64,000 nt of DNA from Eledone cirrhosa (GCA_964016885.1 OZ024765.1:2356001-2420000); one strand, 5' to 3'. Positions 27,056 through 44,781 are shown, counted from the first letter of the stretch. Numbers and translations are program-made. Notes: generated by a model from the letters alone, not told the origin.

Positions 27056-27441
27056 TGATGGGCAGTATCGGTAGAGGGTCGGACGCCATGCATGCTTTGC
27101 AGCATAGAGTTACGGCCCTTTATGGTCTGAGTTCAAAATCCCGCGCAGGTTAACTTTACCTTTCATCCTTACGGGGTCGATAAAATAAAGTACCAGTAAT
27201 GCACTGGGGTAATTGCTGGCCTTGTGCCTAAAGTAGAAATAATTATTATATGTTGATTGGCAGAATTGGTAGAGGGTCGGACGCCATGCTTTGCAGCATA
27301 GAGTTACGGCCCTTTACGTTCAGAGTTCAAATCCCGCCGAGGTTGACTTTGCCTTTCATCCTTACGGGGTCGATAAAATAAAGTACCAGTAATGCACTGG
27401 GGAAATTGCTGGCCTTGTGCCTAAAGTAGAAACAATTATTA
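27056..27441 (+). mobile_element. Two head-to-tail SINE A copies
   Basis: About 27056-27250 and 27254-27441, each with A box, B box and tail. Confidence 0.85.
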
Positions 27442-28253
27442 TGATCACACCGATGTTTGGTTGCCTTACATCATTACGGGGGAAATCCGAACCCTTATTT
27501 ACAAATATTTTACTTCGATCTTCTGAGATCGATTCCTACTCGAACCGAGGACACTTGATACGATCTTATGATTTGTATGGGGTGTTTTTTTTAAATCTTT
27601 TTTCCTTTCAACTCTTCACCACCACCACCACCACCACCATTACCACTACACTACCACCGCCACCGCACCACTACACCACCACCACATCACCACCACAACT
27701 ACCACTACACCACCACCACCACTACACCACCACCACATCACCACCCCAACTACCACTACACCACCACGACCACAACACTGCACCACCACCACACCACCAC
27801 CACTACTACACCACCACCACCACCACCACCACCACCACTACACCACCACCACCACCACCACACCACTACACCACCACCACCACAACTACCACTACCAACA
27901 CCACCACCACCACTACACCACCACCACCACCATAGCCGACCCCACCACCACTACACCACCACCACCACCACCACCACACCACTACACTACCACCACCACC
28001 ACCATAGCCGACCCCACCACCCCAGCTTCAGTGACAGTGATGAGAAGGGGAGGAGGGATGGAGGGAGTGTATGCGTAGTAAAATAAACAGCAGTCAAGTG
28101 CAGCATTTTGTGCAGAAGTGTCCACAAATGTTGGTAAAATACCTGGAGGAGATAATACGTTGTTAGTTCACCTGGACGTTGTACTACTGGATGTGTGTGT
28201 GTGTGTATGTATGTGTGTATGTGTGTGTATATATATATGTTTGTATGTGTATG

Positions 28254-28286
<33 letters not shown>

Positions 28287-28335
28287 ATGTGTATATATGT
28301 GTGTATGTGTGTCTGTATATATATATGTGTGTGTG

Positions 28336-28428
<93 letters not shown>

Positions 28429-28610
28429 GTATGGGTGAGTGTGTGTGTGTGTATATATACGTAAATATACATATATATATACATGGAAAGTTATATTTAA
28501 AATATATATATATATTTGTGTGTGTGTGTGTGTATATATATATTTGTGTGTGTGTGTATATATATATGTGTGTGTGTGTATATATATATATATATTTGTG
28601 TCTGTGTGTG

Positions 28611-28646
<36 letters not shown>

Positions 28647-28735
28647 TGTTTATATACACACTAACATATTTCTTGCATGTACTGTGCCATTTGTTCTGTT
28701 ATATCTGTTTAGCTTTTACATACATATACACACAC

Positions 28736-28789
<54 letters not shown>

Positions 28790-28808
28790 ATATATATATA
28801 TATAATAT

Positions 28809-28859
<51 letters not shown>

Positions 28860-28945
28860 TATATATATAATATATATATATATATAATATATATATATAT
28901 ATAATATATATATATATATAATATATATATATATATAATATATAT

Positions 28946-29039
<94 letters not shown>

Positions 29040-29040
29040 T

Positions 29041-29122
<82 letters not shown>

Positions 29123-29387
29123 TACATATACACTTTATAAACACTTCACAGACAAAAGGTCCTTAAAGCGCGATACGGTCTAACGCACATCACGACATTC
29201 ATAACGACTTAGCTTTGTACAGTCACACACCTACACCTATACATATAAACTCTATCTCCTCCATACTTATCTCCCCTTCCGTGCATCTTTCAATTTTCCA
29301 AAATGTCTGACTAACTACAATTGTACGCGGGTTTTCCTGACGAAAACATAATTTTTCCATTTTTTTCTTTTCCTTTTCTCCTGCTCC

Positions 29388-29425
29388 CTTTCAATGAAGG
29401 ACTAATACCCAAAACGTAAAGATTC
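29388..29425 (+). ncRNA. Possible decayed Penelope-type hammerhead
   Basis: CTTT-CAATGAAGGACTAATACCCAAAACGTAAAG resembles the 58874 motif with core substitutions. Confidence 0.3.
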
Positions 29426-29475
29426 TTTTACTACTATATCAAGCGTTAAATGTTTGGATGACTTTTAGACTTTTA

Positions 29476-29545
<70 letters not shown>

Positions 29546-29547
29546 TG

Positions 29548-29587
<40 letters not shown>

Positions 29588-29936
29588 TATGTTTGGATGT
29601 TATATATATGTGAGTGTTTGTGTATATATATGCTTGGATGTTATATATGTGTGTGCGTCTGTGTATATATGTTTGGGTGTTATTTATATGTGTGTGCGTG
29701 TGTGTATATATGTTTGGGTGTTATTTATATGTGTATGTGTGTGCATATGTGTGCAGATGTTTGGATGTTCTTTATGTCTTTGTGTGCATGTACGTATGTC
29801 AGTGTGAGTGTGTGCGTATGTTTGAATGTTCTTATATGTATGTGTATATATACATGTGTGTGTTTGTGTATATATATATATGTGTGTGTGTATGTGTGTC
29901 TGTGTGTGAGAGTGTGTGCGTATGCTTGGATATTCT

Positions 29937-29978
<42 letters not shown>

Positions 29979-30029
29979 AGTCTGTGGTGTTTGTATATCT
30001 GGTGTATGTGTGTATATGTGCGTGTATGT

Positions 30030-30530
30030 GTGTATGGAGTGTGTGTGTGTATGGAGTGTGTGTGTATGGCGTGTGTGTGTATGGAGTGTGTGTGTATGAA
30101 GTGTGTGTATGGAGTGTGTATGTGTGAAGTGTGTGTGTGTATGGAGTGTGTGTGTGTGTGTGTGTGGTATGTGTGTGTGGAGTGTGTGTGTTATGGAGTG
30201 TGTGTGTGTATAGAGTGTGTGTGTATGGAGTGTGTGTGTGTGTGTATGGAGTGTGTTTGTGTGCATGGAGTGCGTGTGTATGGAGTGTGTGTGTGTGTGT
30301 GCATGGAGTGCGTGTGTATGGAGTGTGTGTTTGTATGGAGTGTGTGTGTATGGAGTGTGTGTGTATGTCCGTGTGTATAGAGGGTGTCTGTGTATGGAGT
30401 GTGTGTGTATGTCCGTGTGTATAGAGAGTGTGTGTGTATGGAGTGTGTGTGTATGGAGTGTGTGTGTGTATGGAGTGTGTGAGTATGGAGTGTGTGTGGT
30501 GTGTACGTGTGTGTATAGAGTGTGTGTGTC
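30030..30530. repeat. TATGGAG-(TG)n minisatellite
   Basis: Direct reading. Confidence 0.85.
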
Positions 30531-30769
30531 CGTGTGTTTTAAACATGACATAGCAGTGTTTGTGTGATCAGGAGCTCACCGGAAGTGTCGGGTTACAACT
30601 TCAAGGACTAGATTCAAAATGGCGCCCGTTAAAACAGCTTCCACGCCTTCAGCCATTTTTACCAGAATATTTACATCGATAAGTAGGAGAAATATAAACA
30701 GAGCGGGGGGGGGGGGGGGGGGGGGCTGGATTGATTAAAATAAGTAAACAAATCTAATCCAAATAATAA

Positions 30770-30965
30770 TAATAATTGTTTCTACTTTTGGCACAAGGCC
30801 AGCAATCACCCCAGTGTATTACTGGTACTTTATTTTATCGACCCCGTAAGGATGAAAGGCAAAGTTAACCTCGGCGGGATTTGAACTCAGAATGGCAAGG
30901 GCCGTAACTCTTTGCTGCAAAGCATGGCGTCCGACCCTCTACCGATACTGCCAATCCACCGCCCA
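30770..30965 (-). mobile_element. Full-length SINE family A
   Basis: Minus strand GGGCGGTGGATTGGCAGTATCGGTAGAGGGTCGG...GAGTTCAAATCCCGCCGAGG...AGTAGAAACAATTATTATT. Confidence 0.9.
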
Positions 30966-31619
30966 TAATAATAATAATAATAATAATAACAATAACAATA
31001 ATAATCGATGAATCGATGAATTAAGCGATAAAATAAATAAACATAACGAAAAAAATAGAGAAATAGGGTTGGATGATATAAGAGCTAGATGTAACTTGAT
31101 ATTTGGTATTGAATAGGGGTTAGTTTTTAGATATAGGTCCTTTATTTGTGGTGGTTGTTGTTGTGGTGGTGGTGGTGGTGGTGGTGTTGTTGTTGTTGTA
31201 GTTGTTGTTGTTGTTGTTGTGGTGGTGGTGGTGGTGGTGGTGGTGTTGTTGTTGTTGTTGTTGTTGTAGTTGTTGTTGTTGTTGTTGTTGTGGTTGTTGT
31301 GCTGTCGTCGTTGTTCTGTGGTTGCTATTGTTGTCGTCTCTTTTTTCGGTGGGGATGAAGAGAGGAGGGTGTGGAGGGGTTTGTTCAGAGCCTGGATCGA
31401 TATAGTGTGGTATTGGGATAATAAATGATCTGTTTTAGATCGATATGTGAAGTATGTTTATATACATGGTAGCATTGTGATCGAGTTTCAGTAATTCTGT
31501 GGCTCTTCTCCGAATACACGTTCTGTGGACACACACACACACATATATATCACACATACACACACACACATATATATCACACATACACACACACACATAT
31601 ATATCACACATACACACAC

Positions 31620-31684
<65 letters not shown>

Positions 31685-32061
31685 ACACATATATGTATAT
31701 GTGTGTGTGTTTCTGATTATGTATATGTTTATACATATGTGTATGTATCTGATTACATGTGTGTATATATATATATATATCACACACACACACATATATA
31801 TAACCACACTCACATATACACATACACATACACATATTCAATCACATAGAGCATGCAGTCATATACACTTCTCTCATATATATATATATATATATACAAA
31901 TATATATTTATATATATATATATATATACAAATATATATATATATACATACAAACATATCTATATATACATACATACAAATATATATATATATACATATA
32001 TACATACACACAAACAAACACACACACATAATTACATAGAGTATTCTGTCATATACACATC

Positions 32062-32107
<46 letters not shown>

Positions 32108-32134
32108 CTATGTGTGTGTATGTGTGTGCGTGGG

Positions 32135-32191
<57 letters not shown>

Positions 32192-32332
32192 ATATTTATA
32201 TATTTATATATATATATATATATATATCACTCTCATATATATCACCAATGTTGTATGATTAAGAATTTCACTTCGCAACCCTGGGGTCTCTGATTAAACC
32301 CTACTGCGTGGCAACTGTCTTCCAGTGTAGAA

Positions 32333-32374
<42 letters not shown>

Positions 32375-32409
32375 GTAAATATATATATATATGTATATAT
32401 ATATATATG

Positions 32410-32565
<156 letters not shown>

Positions 32566-32597
32566 AATATATATATATATGTATATATATATATATG

Positions 32598-32751
<154 letters not shown>

Positions 32752-33119
32752 GCATATATATGTGTATGTGTCTATACACACGTTTACATATATCTATACA
32801 CATGTTATATACGTCTATACATATATATATACATAAATATATACATATATATACAGACCTCGTATATATATATCTGTGTGTATATACACATGTTTATACG
32901 TATATTCACATGTATATATAGGTATATACACATATATACATATATACATATATATATATATACAACATCCATACACACAACATATACATATGTATATACA
33001 CATACACATATACACGCATACATATACTGACATATTTAAATTAATATAAATAAACACACGTACATATATATATATATATATTTATATATACATACATCCA
33101 TACACTCATACATAAATAC

Positions 33120-35500
33120 ACACACACACACACACACACATCATAGCCACTCACATACATACAAAGACACACACATACACACATGCATACATAGACACAT
33201 ATACATATATACATATACGTACATCCATAAATACACGCACACACACACATACACCATAGCCACTCACACACACACACACACATACATCATAGCCGCTCAC
33301 ATACACACATGCATACATAGACACATATACATATACGTACATCCATAAATACACGCACACACACACACATACACCATAGCCACTCACACACACACACACA
33401 CATACATCATAGCCGCACACACACACACATGCATACATAGACACACATACATATAAACACACACATACATACATATATACACGCACATACATAGACACAC
33501 ACACACACACACATACATCATAGCCGCTCACACACACACATGCATACATAGACACACACATACATATAAACACGCACACATACATATATACACACACATA
33601 CATAGACACACGCACACACACACATACATCATAGCCGCTCACACACACACATGCATACATAGACACACACATACATATAAACACGCACACATACATATAT
33701 ACACACACATACATAGACACACGCACACACACACATACATCATAGCCGCTTACACACACACATGCATACATAGACACACACATACATATAAACACGCACA
33801 CATACATATATACACACACATACATAGACACACGCACACACACACATACATCATAGCCGCTCACACACACACATGCATACATAGACACACACATACATAT
33901 AAACACGCACACATACATATATACACACACATACATAGACACACGCACACACACACATACATCATAGCCGCTCACACACACACATGCATACATAGACACA
34001 CACATACATATAAACACGCACACATACATACATATATACACACACATACATAGACACACGCACACACACACATACATCATAGCCGCTCACACACACACAT
34101 GCATACATAGACACACATACATATAAACACACACATACATACATATATACACACACATACATAGACACACGCACACACACACATACATCATAGCCACTCA
34201 CACACACACACACATACATCATAGCCGCTCACATACACACATGCATACATAGACACACATACATATAAACACACACATACATACATATATACACACACAC
34301 ATACATAGACACACGCACACACACACATACATCATAGCCACTCACACACACACACACATACATCATAGCCGCTCACATACACACATGCATACATAGACAC
34401 ACATACATATAAACACACACATACATACATATATACACACACATACATAGACACACGCACACATACATCATAGCCACTCACACACACACACACATACATC
34501 ATAGCCGCTCACATACACACATGCATACATAGACACACATACATATAAACACACACATACATACATATATACACACACATACATAGACACACGCACACAC
34601 ACACATACATCATAGCCACTCACACACACACACACATACATCATAGCCGCTCACATACACACATGCATACATAGACACACATACATATAAACACACACAT
34701 ACATACATATATACACACACATACATAGACACACGCACACACACACATACATCATAGCCACTCACACACACACACACATACATCATAGCCGCTCACATAC
34801 ACACATGCATACATAGACACACATACATATAAACACACACATACATACATATATACACACACATACATAGACACACGCACACACACACATACATCATAGC
34901 CACTCACACACACACACACATACATCATAGCCGCTCACATACACACATGCATACATAGACACACATACATATAAACACACACATACATACATATATACAC
35001 ACACATACATAGACACACGCACACACACACATACATCATAGCCACTCACACACACACACACATACATCATAGCCGCTCACACACACACATGCATACATAG
35101 ACACACACATACATATAAACACGCACACATACATATATACACACACATACATAGACACACGCACACACACACATACATCATAGCCGCTCACACACACACA
35201 TGCATACATAGACACACACATACATATAAACACGCACACATACATATATACACACACATACATAGACACACGCACACACACACATACATCATAGCCGCTC
35301 ACACACACACATGCATACATAGACACACACATACATATAAACACGCACACATACATATATACACACACATACATAGACACACGCACACACACACATACAT
35401 CATAGCCGCTCACATACACACATGCATACATAGACACACATACATATAAACACGCACACATACATATATACACACACATACATAGACACACGCACACACA
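33120..35500. repeat. Higher-order CA-rich minisatellite (111-bp and 142-bp periods)
   Basis: CATCATAGCC anchor spaced 111 bp (33521, 33632, 33743) and 142 bp (34613, 34755, 34897). Confidence 0.9.
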
Positions 35501-36072
35501 TACGCGTACATACATACATAGATACATACGTGTGTGTCTTCGCATGTGTGCAAAGTGAGATTAAAGCTAAGCTTGTCTTAATCCAAACACTCTTGTTGTA
35601 AAACGTTGATCTCGGAGTCAATAGCCCCGTGATCAAGTCGTGTGTTGATCCAGCTATCCCGTCAGCCACCATTTTACCACTTAACCTAAACACCCCACCT
35701 ACACCACCACCACCACCACCCCGCCTCCTCCACCACCCTGCTATCACCACCGACATCCATCACCGGCGCCGCCGCCACCACCGGCGCTTGACTCACGATA
35801 TATAACGACTGGATTGCGGTAGCGATGGTGGCGGTGGTGGTGGTGGTTGGTGGCGGCGGTGGTGGTGGTGTTGATGGATGGGTTGGGTTGGGTTGGGGTG
35901 AGAGGGCGGTTTTGTGTGGGTTGCCAGTGTGCGCATTTCCTACGACACCGCGTTTATTAATCGGTCCAGTCCACACACCCCTACCACCCCCACCACCTGA
36001 CAGCCACCTCACCACCCACCCTCTACAGCCAACTTAATATATTGGTGCAACCTGTACAAACATAACATCAGA

Positions 36073-36102
<30 letters not shown>

Positions 36103-36104
<2 letters not shown>

Positions 36105-36295
36105 CGGTAGAGGGTCGGACGCCATGTATTGCAGCATAGAGTTACGACCCTTGCCATTCTGAGTTCAAATCCCGCCGAGGTTAACTTTGCCTTTCATCAT
36201 TATGAGGTCGATATAATAAAGTACCACTAACAAACTGGGGTCAATTTTCCCCTCCTAAAAAAAATTGCTGGCGTTGTGCCTAAATCAGAAACCAT
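36103..36295 (+). mobile_element. SINE family A
   Basis: B box, central domain and tail. Confidence 0.85.
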
Positions 36296-36316
36296 CGATA
36301 GAATCAGTAATGGAAA

Positions 36317-36950
36317 CCATTGGTCTTTCCATTGATACTATCTGTCAGTCACAACTACTGGCAGTAGAAGGAGCTGATCATCAGATCAGACCAAGGAAAC
36401 AATGTTTCCATTGGTCTTTCCATTACTGATACTATCTGTCAGTCACAACTCCTGGTAGAAGGAGCTGATCATCAGATCAGACCAAGGAAACAATGTGTCC
36501 ATTGGTCTTTCCATTACTGATACTATCTGTCAGTCACAACTCCTGGCAGTAGAAAGGAGCTGATCATCAGATCAGACCAAGGAAACAATGTGTCCATTGG
36601 TCTTTCCATTACTGATACTATCTGTCAGTCACAACTCCTGGTAGAAGGAGCTGATCATCAGATCAGACCATGGAAACAATGTGTCCATTGGTCTTTCCAT
36701 TACTGATACTATCTGTCAGTCACAACTCCTGGCAGAAGAAAGGAGCTGATCATCAGATCAGACCAAGGAAACAATGTGTCCATTGGTCTTTCCATTACTG
36801 ATACTATCTGTCAGTCATAACTCCTGGCAGAAGAAAGGAGCTGATCATCAGATCAGACCAAGGAAACAATGTGTCCATTGGTCTTTCCATTACTGATACT
36901 ATCTGTCAGTCACAACTCCTGGCAGAAGAAAGGAGCTGATCATCAGATCA
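36317..36950. repeat. Minisatellite, about 7 x 91-95 bp
   Basis: Unit starts at 36317, 36408, 36499, 36594, 36685, 36780, 36875. Confidence 0.95.
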
Positions 36951-38424
36951 TGTGTAGCCCTCAGACAACACATATGTCACCCATGTGGTCCTCGGGGACC
37001 CTCAGTTAACATGCCTGTACTACAATATCACCACCATCAGCGCCGTCAACCTAATACCACTACCACCACAACCTCTGAGCCACCACCGCAACCTCTAAGC
37101 CACCACCACAACCTCTAAGCCACCACCACAAGTACCACGAACACAAACACCATCATTACTAAACTACCACCACCACCACTATCATATCGACTACAGAACC
37201 ACCACCACTACCACAATTACTACATCACCACTATTACACCACTACCATTACCACCACCGACATTAAATAACTACACCACCACCACTGCAGCAACTCCACA
37301 ATGAACGCCGTTATCCCACCACAACACTCACCATCACTACAGCTAAACCACCAACACTATACCACCACAACAGCACTAGTACGCTACTGCCACTATCTTC
37401 CATACATCACCACAATCATTATACCACTACCACAACTACCATCACTACAGTACTACTACCACCACGACTACAGCACCACCACGATTAGTGCCGTCATCCC
37501 TATACAACTACCACCAACACGATACCAACAAAACCACTGTACCACTGCCATAACAGCACTAGTATGATACTCTCACTATATCCCCTACACCACCACCACA
37601 AACACTACATCACCACAACCACTACGCCACCACCACCGCCACCATCATTAAACCATTACCACCATGACAACGTATCTACCACCACCATCATTAAATCACT
37701 ACACCAGCACAACAACAACCACCACCATCACAACCATTACTAAGCAACCAACACTACCACCACTACAATACTACTGCCGCCACCACTACAGCACCACGAT
37801 AATAAGCGCCGTCATCGCTGTACAACTACCACCAACAATATACCACCACAACCACTATACCACCACCACAACAGCACTAGTATGCCACTACCACTATCTC
37901 CCCTACACGACTACCTCACCAAAACCATTATACCACTATTCCCATCAGTACAACATTACAACCAGTACACCACCACCACCACCACCACAATCATTAAACC
38001 ATTACCGGCATCATTACATTAACACCACTAATCCAATACACCCACCACCATCATTAAATCATTACACCAGCACAACAACCACCACCACCACCATCAATAC
38101 AGTACAACTACCATCAACACTACATCACCACCATAATCAGCGCCGTCATCCCTATACAACTACCACCATCACTACAGATGAATCAACCATACTATACCAC
38201 CAAAACCACTACACCACCACCACCACCACCATTACACAACAACCACTACACCATTACCACTACATCACTACCTACTTCACAACAACCCCACCACTAACGC
38301 TATACCAATACCACCAGCACTACAACCACTACACCGTTTCATTTTCTTGTTCTTTTCCTTTCTTCCATAAAACAAAACTTAGAGTAGAAGAGAAACTCTC
38401 TATATATACGGATAGGTATGTATG

Positions 38425-38505
<81 letters not shown>

Positions 38506-38905
38506 ATACACACATACATATATATAAATATATACATACATATATATATACATAGAAATATATAAATGTATACATATATATACATGCTTATATACAAACA
38601 CATGCATGCATATATATATATAGACACAAATATATATACATATATATATAAATATATATATACGTGTGCGTGTATATATATGTATATATACATATGTATA
38701 TATATATATATACATATATATATGTGTGTGTGTATGTATATGTATATATATATATGTATATATGACGAAAAAGAAAACACAAATGTCATAATATAAAACA
38801 ACCAATCAACACACGACCTTTCTTACGCCATTGTAACTCACTCCCACCGCAGCCATCGTCTCTGTCATTTCATTGAAATGCAGACGACATCATCTCAGAT
38901 GTAAA

Positions 38906-38945
<40 letters not shown>

Positions 38946-39233
38946 CCATATATATGTCTACATATATATATCTACATATATATACATACACATATATATC
39001 TACATATACATATATCTACATATACATATATCTACATATATATACACATATATATCTACATATATATACACACATATATGTATACACATATATATAGACA
39101 CACATATATATATATATACACACATATATATATACATATATATGCAGATATATATATATATACATATATATAAACATATATATCTATCTACATATATATA
39201 CACATATAGACATTTATCTATACACATATATAC

Positions 39234-39274
<41 letters not shown>

Positions 39275-39327
39275 ACATACATACATTTATACATACATAT
39301 ATACATACATACATTTATATATCTATG

Positions 39328-39395
<68 letters not shown>

Positions 39396-39431
39396 TACAT
39401 ACATATAGAGAGTTATATAAATACATGCATA

Positions 39432-39471
<40 letters not shown>

Positions 39472-39768
39472 CTCATACATATTTCTTTCGATTCCCGCTT
39501 CTTTTACGAAAACGATTGATCAATTTGTTACTACGCATGCGCAGTTATCAGCGAACAAACTACTTAGGCGCAATTACAAACGGCGGTTTGCAAACATGGT
39601 ATGCGATAATGATGAATGCCGTACCACGTGGTACAGGGAAGATGGCGGCGATGGTGAACCACTTGAGCACTCCAGTGAAACAGACAGATGTACAGATGTT
39701 CAAGGAGAGCAGCAAATATACAAATATACGCACAAACAGACATATATATATGCATATTTATATATGCA

Positions 39769-39799
<31 letters not shown>

Positions 39800-39809
39800 A
39801 TATACATTA

Positions 39810-39840
<31 letters not shown>

Positions 39841-39943
39841 CATTAATATGTATATATATATATATATATTAATATGTATATATATGTATATATATATGTG
39901 TATGTATATATATACATTAATGCATATATATGTATATATACAC

Positions 39944-39988
<45 letters not shown>

Positions 39989-40079
39989 CTAGTGCGCAGT
40001 CACGCACGATATGTAAACACTTGTGCGCACTTGAGTATAGCTAGGCCCATATTTCCCGTATTGTATATAGGATATGTGT

Positions 40080-42160
<2,081 letters not shown>

Positions 42161-42526
42161 ATACCGAGAAGGCTTAAGAATGTAAAGAACAGATCAAAGC
42201 CCACAAATATAATTGGAGGTGGATATACATGTATATATACATATACATGTATATATACATATACATGTATATATACATGTATATGTATATATACATGTAT
42301 ATGTATATATACATGTATATGTGTGTGTGTGTGTGTGTGTGTTTCCTAAAATATTTTCACTAGAAAATAAACCATTTAATGACTATATATATATACCGTG
42401 TGTGCATATGTATATATACACATATATAGAGACACACACATATATATATATATACATATAAACCCTATGTATATATATATATATGTGTGTGTGCGTGTAT
42501 GTGAATCTGAGCGTGTGTGTGTGCGT

Positions 42527-42637
42527 ATCCCGGGTTCAATCGGGGGTAACCACAGTAAGTAAGGTACTCCATACATAGCCCTGATTTCGTTCGAATGAAA
42601 CAGCTCTAGTCTTGTAAACGCCACCTCTATATCAAAT
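42527..42637. mobile_element. PLE-like remnant, family c: inverted tail plus truncated hammerhead
   Basis: 42527-42577 is the reverse complement of the family c tail; 42581-42637 reads TGATTTCGTTCGAATGAAACAGCTCTAGTC... Confidence 0.7.
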
Positions 42638-42707
42638 ATATATATACACTATGTCTATCTATACATATATATATATATACCCTATATGTATCTATCTATG
42701 TATCTAA

Positions 42708-42779
<72 letters not shown>

Positions 42780-42847
42780 GTCGTCAATTATGAAATTTGT
42801 AGAAAAAACATGACCATATGCCTCACTACAAATTTATTACTTGACGC

Positions 42848-42883
<36 letters not shown>

Positions 42884-42884
42884 G

Positions 42885-43078
42885 AGGTGTTTCCGTAGGA
42901 AAGGTAAAGCAAAAGAGAGTGCTCTATGTAAGCTACAGAGCTTTTTATTTATGTAATAAACAACATAAGATAATTAATTCATTTACCAGTAGTTTCTTGA
43001 AGACAGATATTTATATCTGTCTTCAGTCATCACTGATGATGTTGCAGATGTGCAACGAAAGAACTTTGTTAGACTATA
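42885..43078. mobile_element. Head-to-head fusion of PLE-like family a (minus) and family d (plus) hammerhead segments
   Basis: TCATCA-C-TGATGA at 43027-43039; 12-bp inverted repeat 42999-43024 as minus-strand stem II; GTTGCA gatg TGCAAC-GAAA as plus-strand stem II. Confidence 0.65.
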
Positions 43079-43291
43079 TATATGTATTTATATCTGTATT
43101 TTTTACCGTTAGTCTGTCAATGATAAACATTGATGCCCAAATGATTTAACTATGGAGATATAAAAGACACAGAAGCGAAAACCAACCAAACAGTGAGTGT
43201 GTTCTGTTATTATTTCTGGCAATATTATTATAACAATATGCCCCTCCCCAAGTATAACAATATATATATATATATGTGTGTGTGTATATAT

Positions 43292-43532
43292 ATTCACTGA
43301 ACCAGAACAATTCTCCCAATCCCATTTCTCTTGACCACTACCTTTCCATTGTCATAACATTCGCTATAAAGGCTACAGAATAGTTTTCCAAATAAGGGTG
43401 CAAAAATGTAATGAAAACTTGTTCATGTGACAGCCAAATTTCATTTATAACCAATCAAATCACGTTTATTAAAAAAAAGCCTTCGTGAGCCACCTTTTTT
43501 TAAAGTAAAGAAATTCAAACACACACGCACAC

Positions 43533-43583
<51 letters not shown>

Positions 43584-44089
43584 GCAAGCACACAAATAAA
43601 CATACATATCTTTTCTTTATTCAATAGAAAATCTGAATTCTGACACCCCAGCGAACTAACCATATTCACTGAACCAGAACAATTCTCCCATCCCTTTCTC
43701 TTGACCATTATCTTTCACTTATCAAAATGGCCAGTGGATTGGCAGTATCGGTAGAGGGTCGGACGCCATGCTTTGACGCATAGAGTTACGGCCCTTGCCA
43801 TTCTGAGTTCAAATCCCGCCGAGGTTAACTTTGCCTTTCATCCTTATGGGGTCGATAAAATAAAGTACCAGTAATACACTGGGTAATTGCTGGCCTTGTG
43901 CCAAAAGTAGAAACAATTATCTTTCACTTATCAAAAAATTCTCTAAAATGGCTACAGAATGGATTTCCAAATAAGGGCACAAAAATTTAATGAAAACTTG
44001 TTCACGTGACAGCCATAATTTCATTTATAACCAACCAAAAAAAAGCCTTCGTGAGCCTCCTTTTTTCAAGTAAAAAGAAATTCAAACAC
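43292..44089. repeat. Diverged tandem duplication (about 230-bp homologous units at 43292 and 43663)
   Basis: ATTCACTGAACCAGAACAATTCTCCCA...AGCCTTCGTGAGCC...AGAAATTCAAACAC occurs twice. Confidence 0.85.
43728..43915 (+). mobile_element. Full-length SINE A with a 21-bp target-site duplication
   Basis: ATTATCTTTCACTTATCAAAA at 43707-43727 and 43916-43936. Confidence 0.92.
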
Positions 44090-44476
44090 TCATATATGAA
44101 AAAAACAACCTGTGACAACCCCCCCCCCTCTTATTTGAAGAACTATTGTAACGCGAACTGGCGCGAAATTTATTATAATTATTGACAAACCAATCAAATT
44201 ACTTCTCGAAAAACCTGGCATTTCGAGCCACTTTTTCCATATAAAACAAGTAACATTCAGAGACCAACCAGATGTGAGAAAAACCACAGACCCTCCATCT
44301 CAACTCACCTTTTGAAAAGCAGAAGAACTGCGAAACCGGTAAAGGAACCAAATAAATATATATATTTAAAAAAAAAATAAGACTCCAGTTGCATTTTCGA
44401 TTTCATCTCTTTCTCTTTATACTTTCACTCGTGCAGGACACCTCGGTTATTTTTCATTTTGTAAAAAAAACCTCAC

Positions 44477-44548
<72 letters not shown>

Positions 44549-44717
44549 ATATGTTTTGTTTTCATCTTTGTCTCTCTCAATTTTCACTTTCACCTGTTTT
44601 TCCTATCTATATTTCACTTCCTACCTCGAGATTTCCCTTTGCATTGTTGTGGCTTTCTTAAATACGTATTTTTACACATTTCACAATGCTTCAAGCAAAC
44701 TTTAACACCCTCTTATA

Positions 44718-44781
<64 letters not shown>

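Noticed and set aside
28085-28190. Possible exon in unique sequence
   Set aside because: No consistent acceptor/donor pair and no recognisable peptide
36317-36950. CRISPR array or tandem hammerhead (retrozyme) array
   Set aside because: No unique spacers and no cas genes; minus-strand CTGATGA is followed by a hairpin but not by GAAA in the required position
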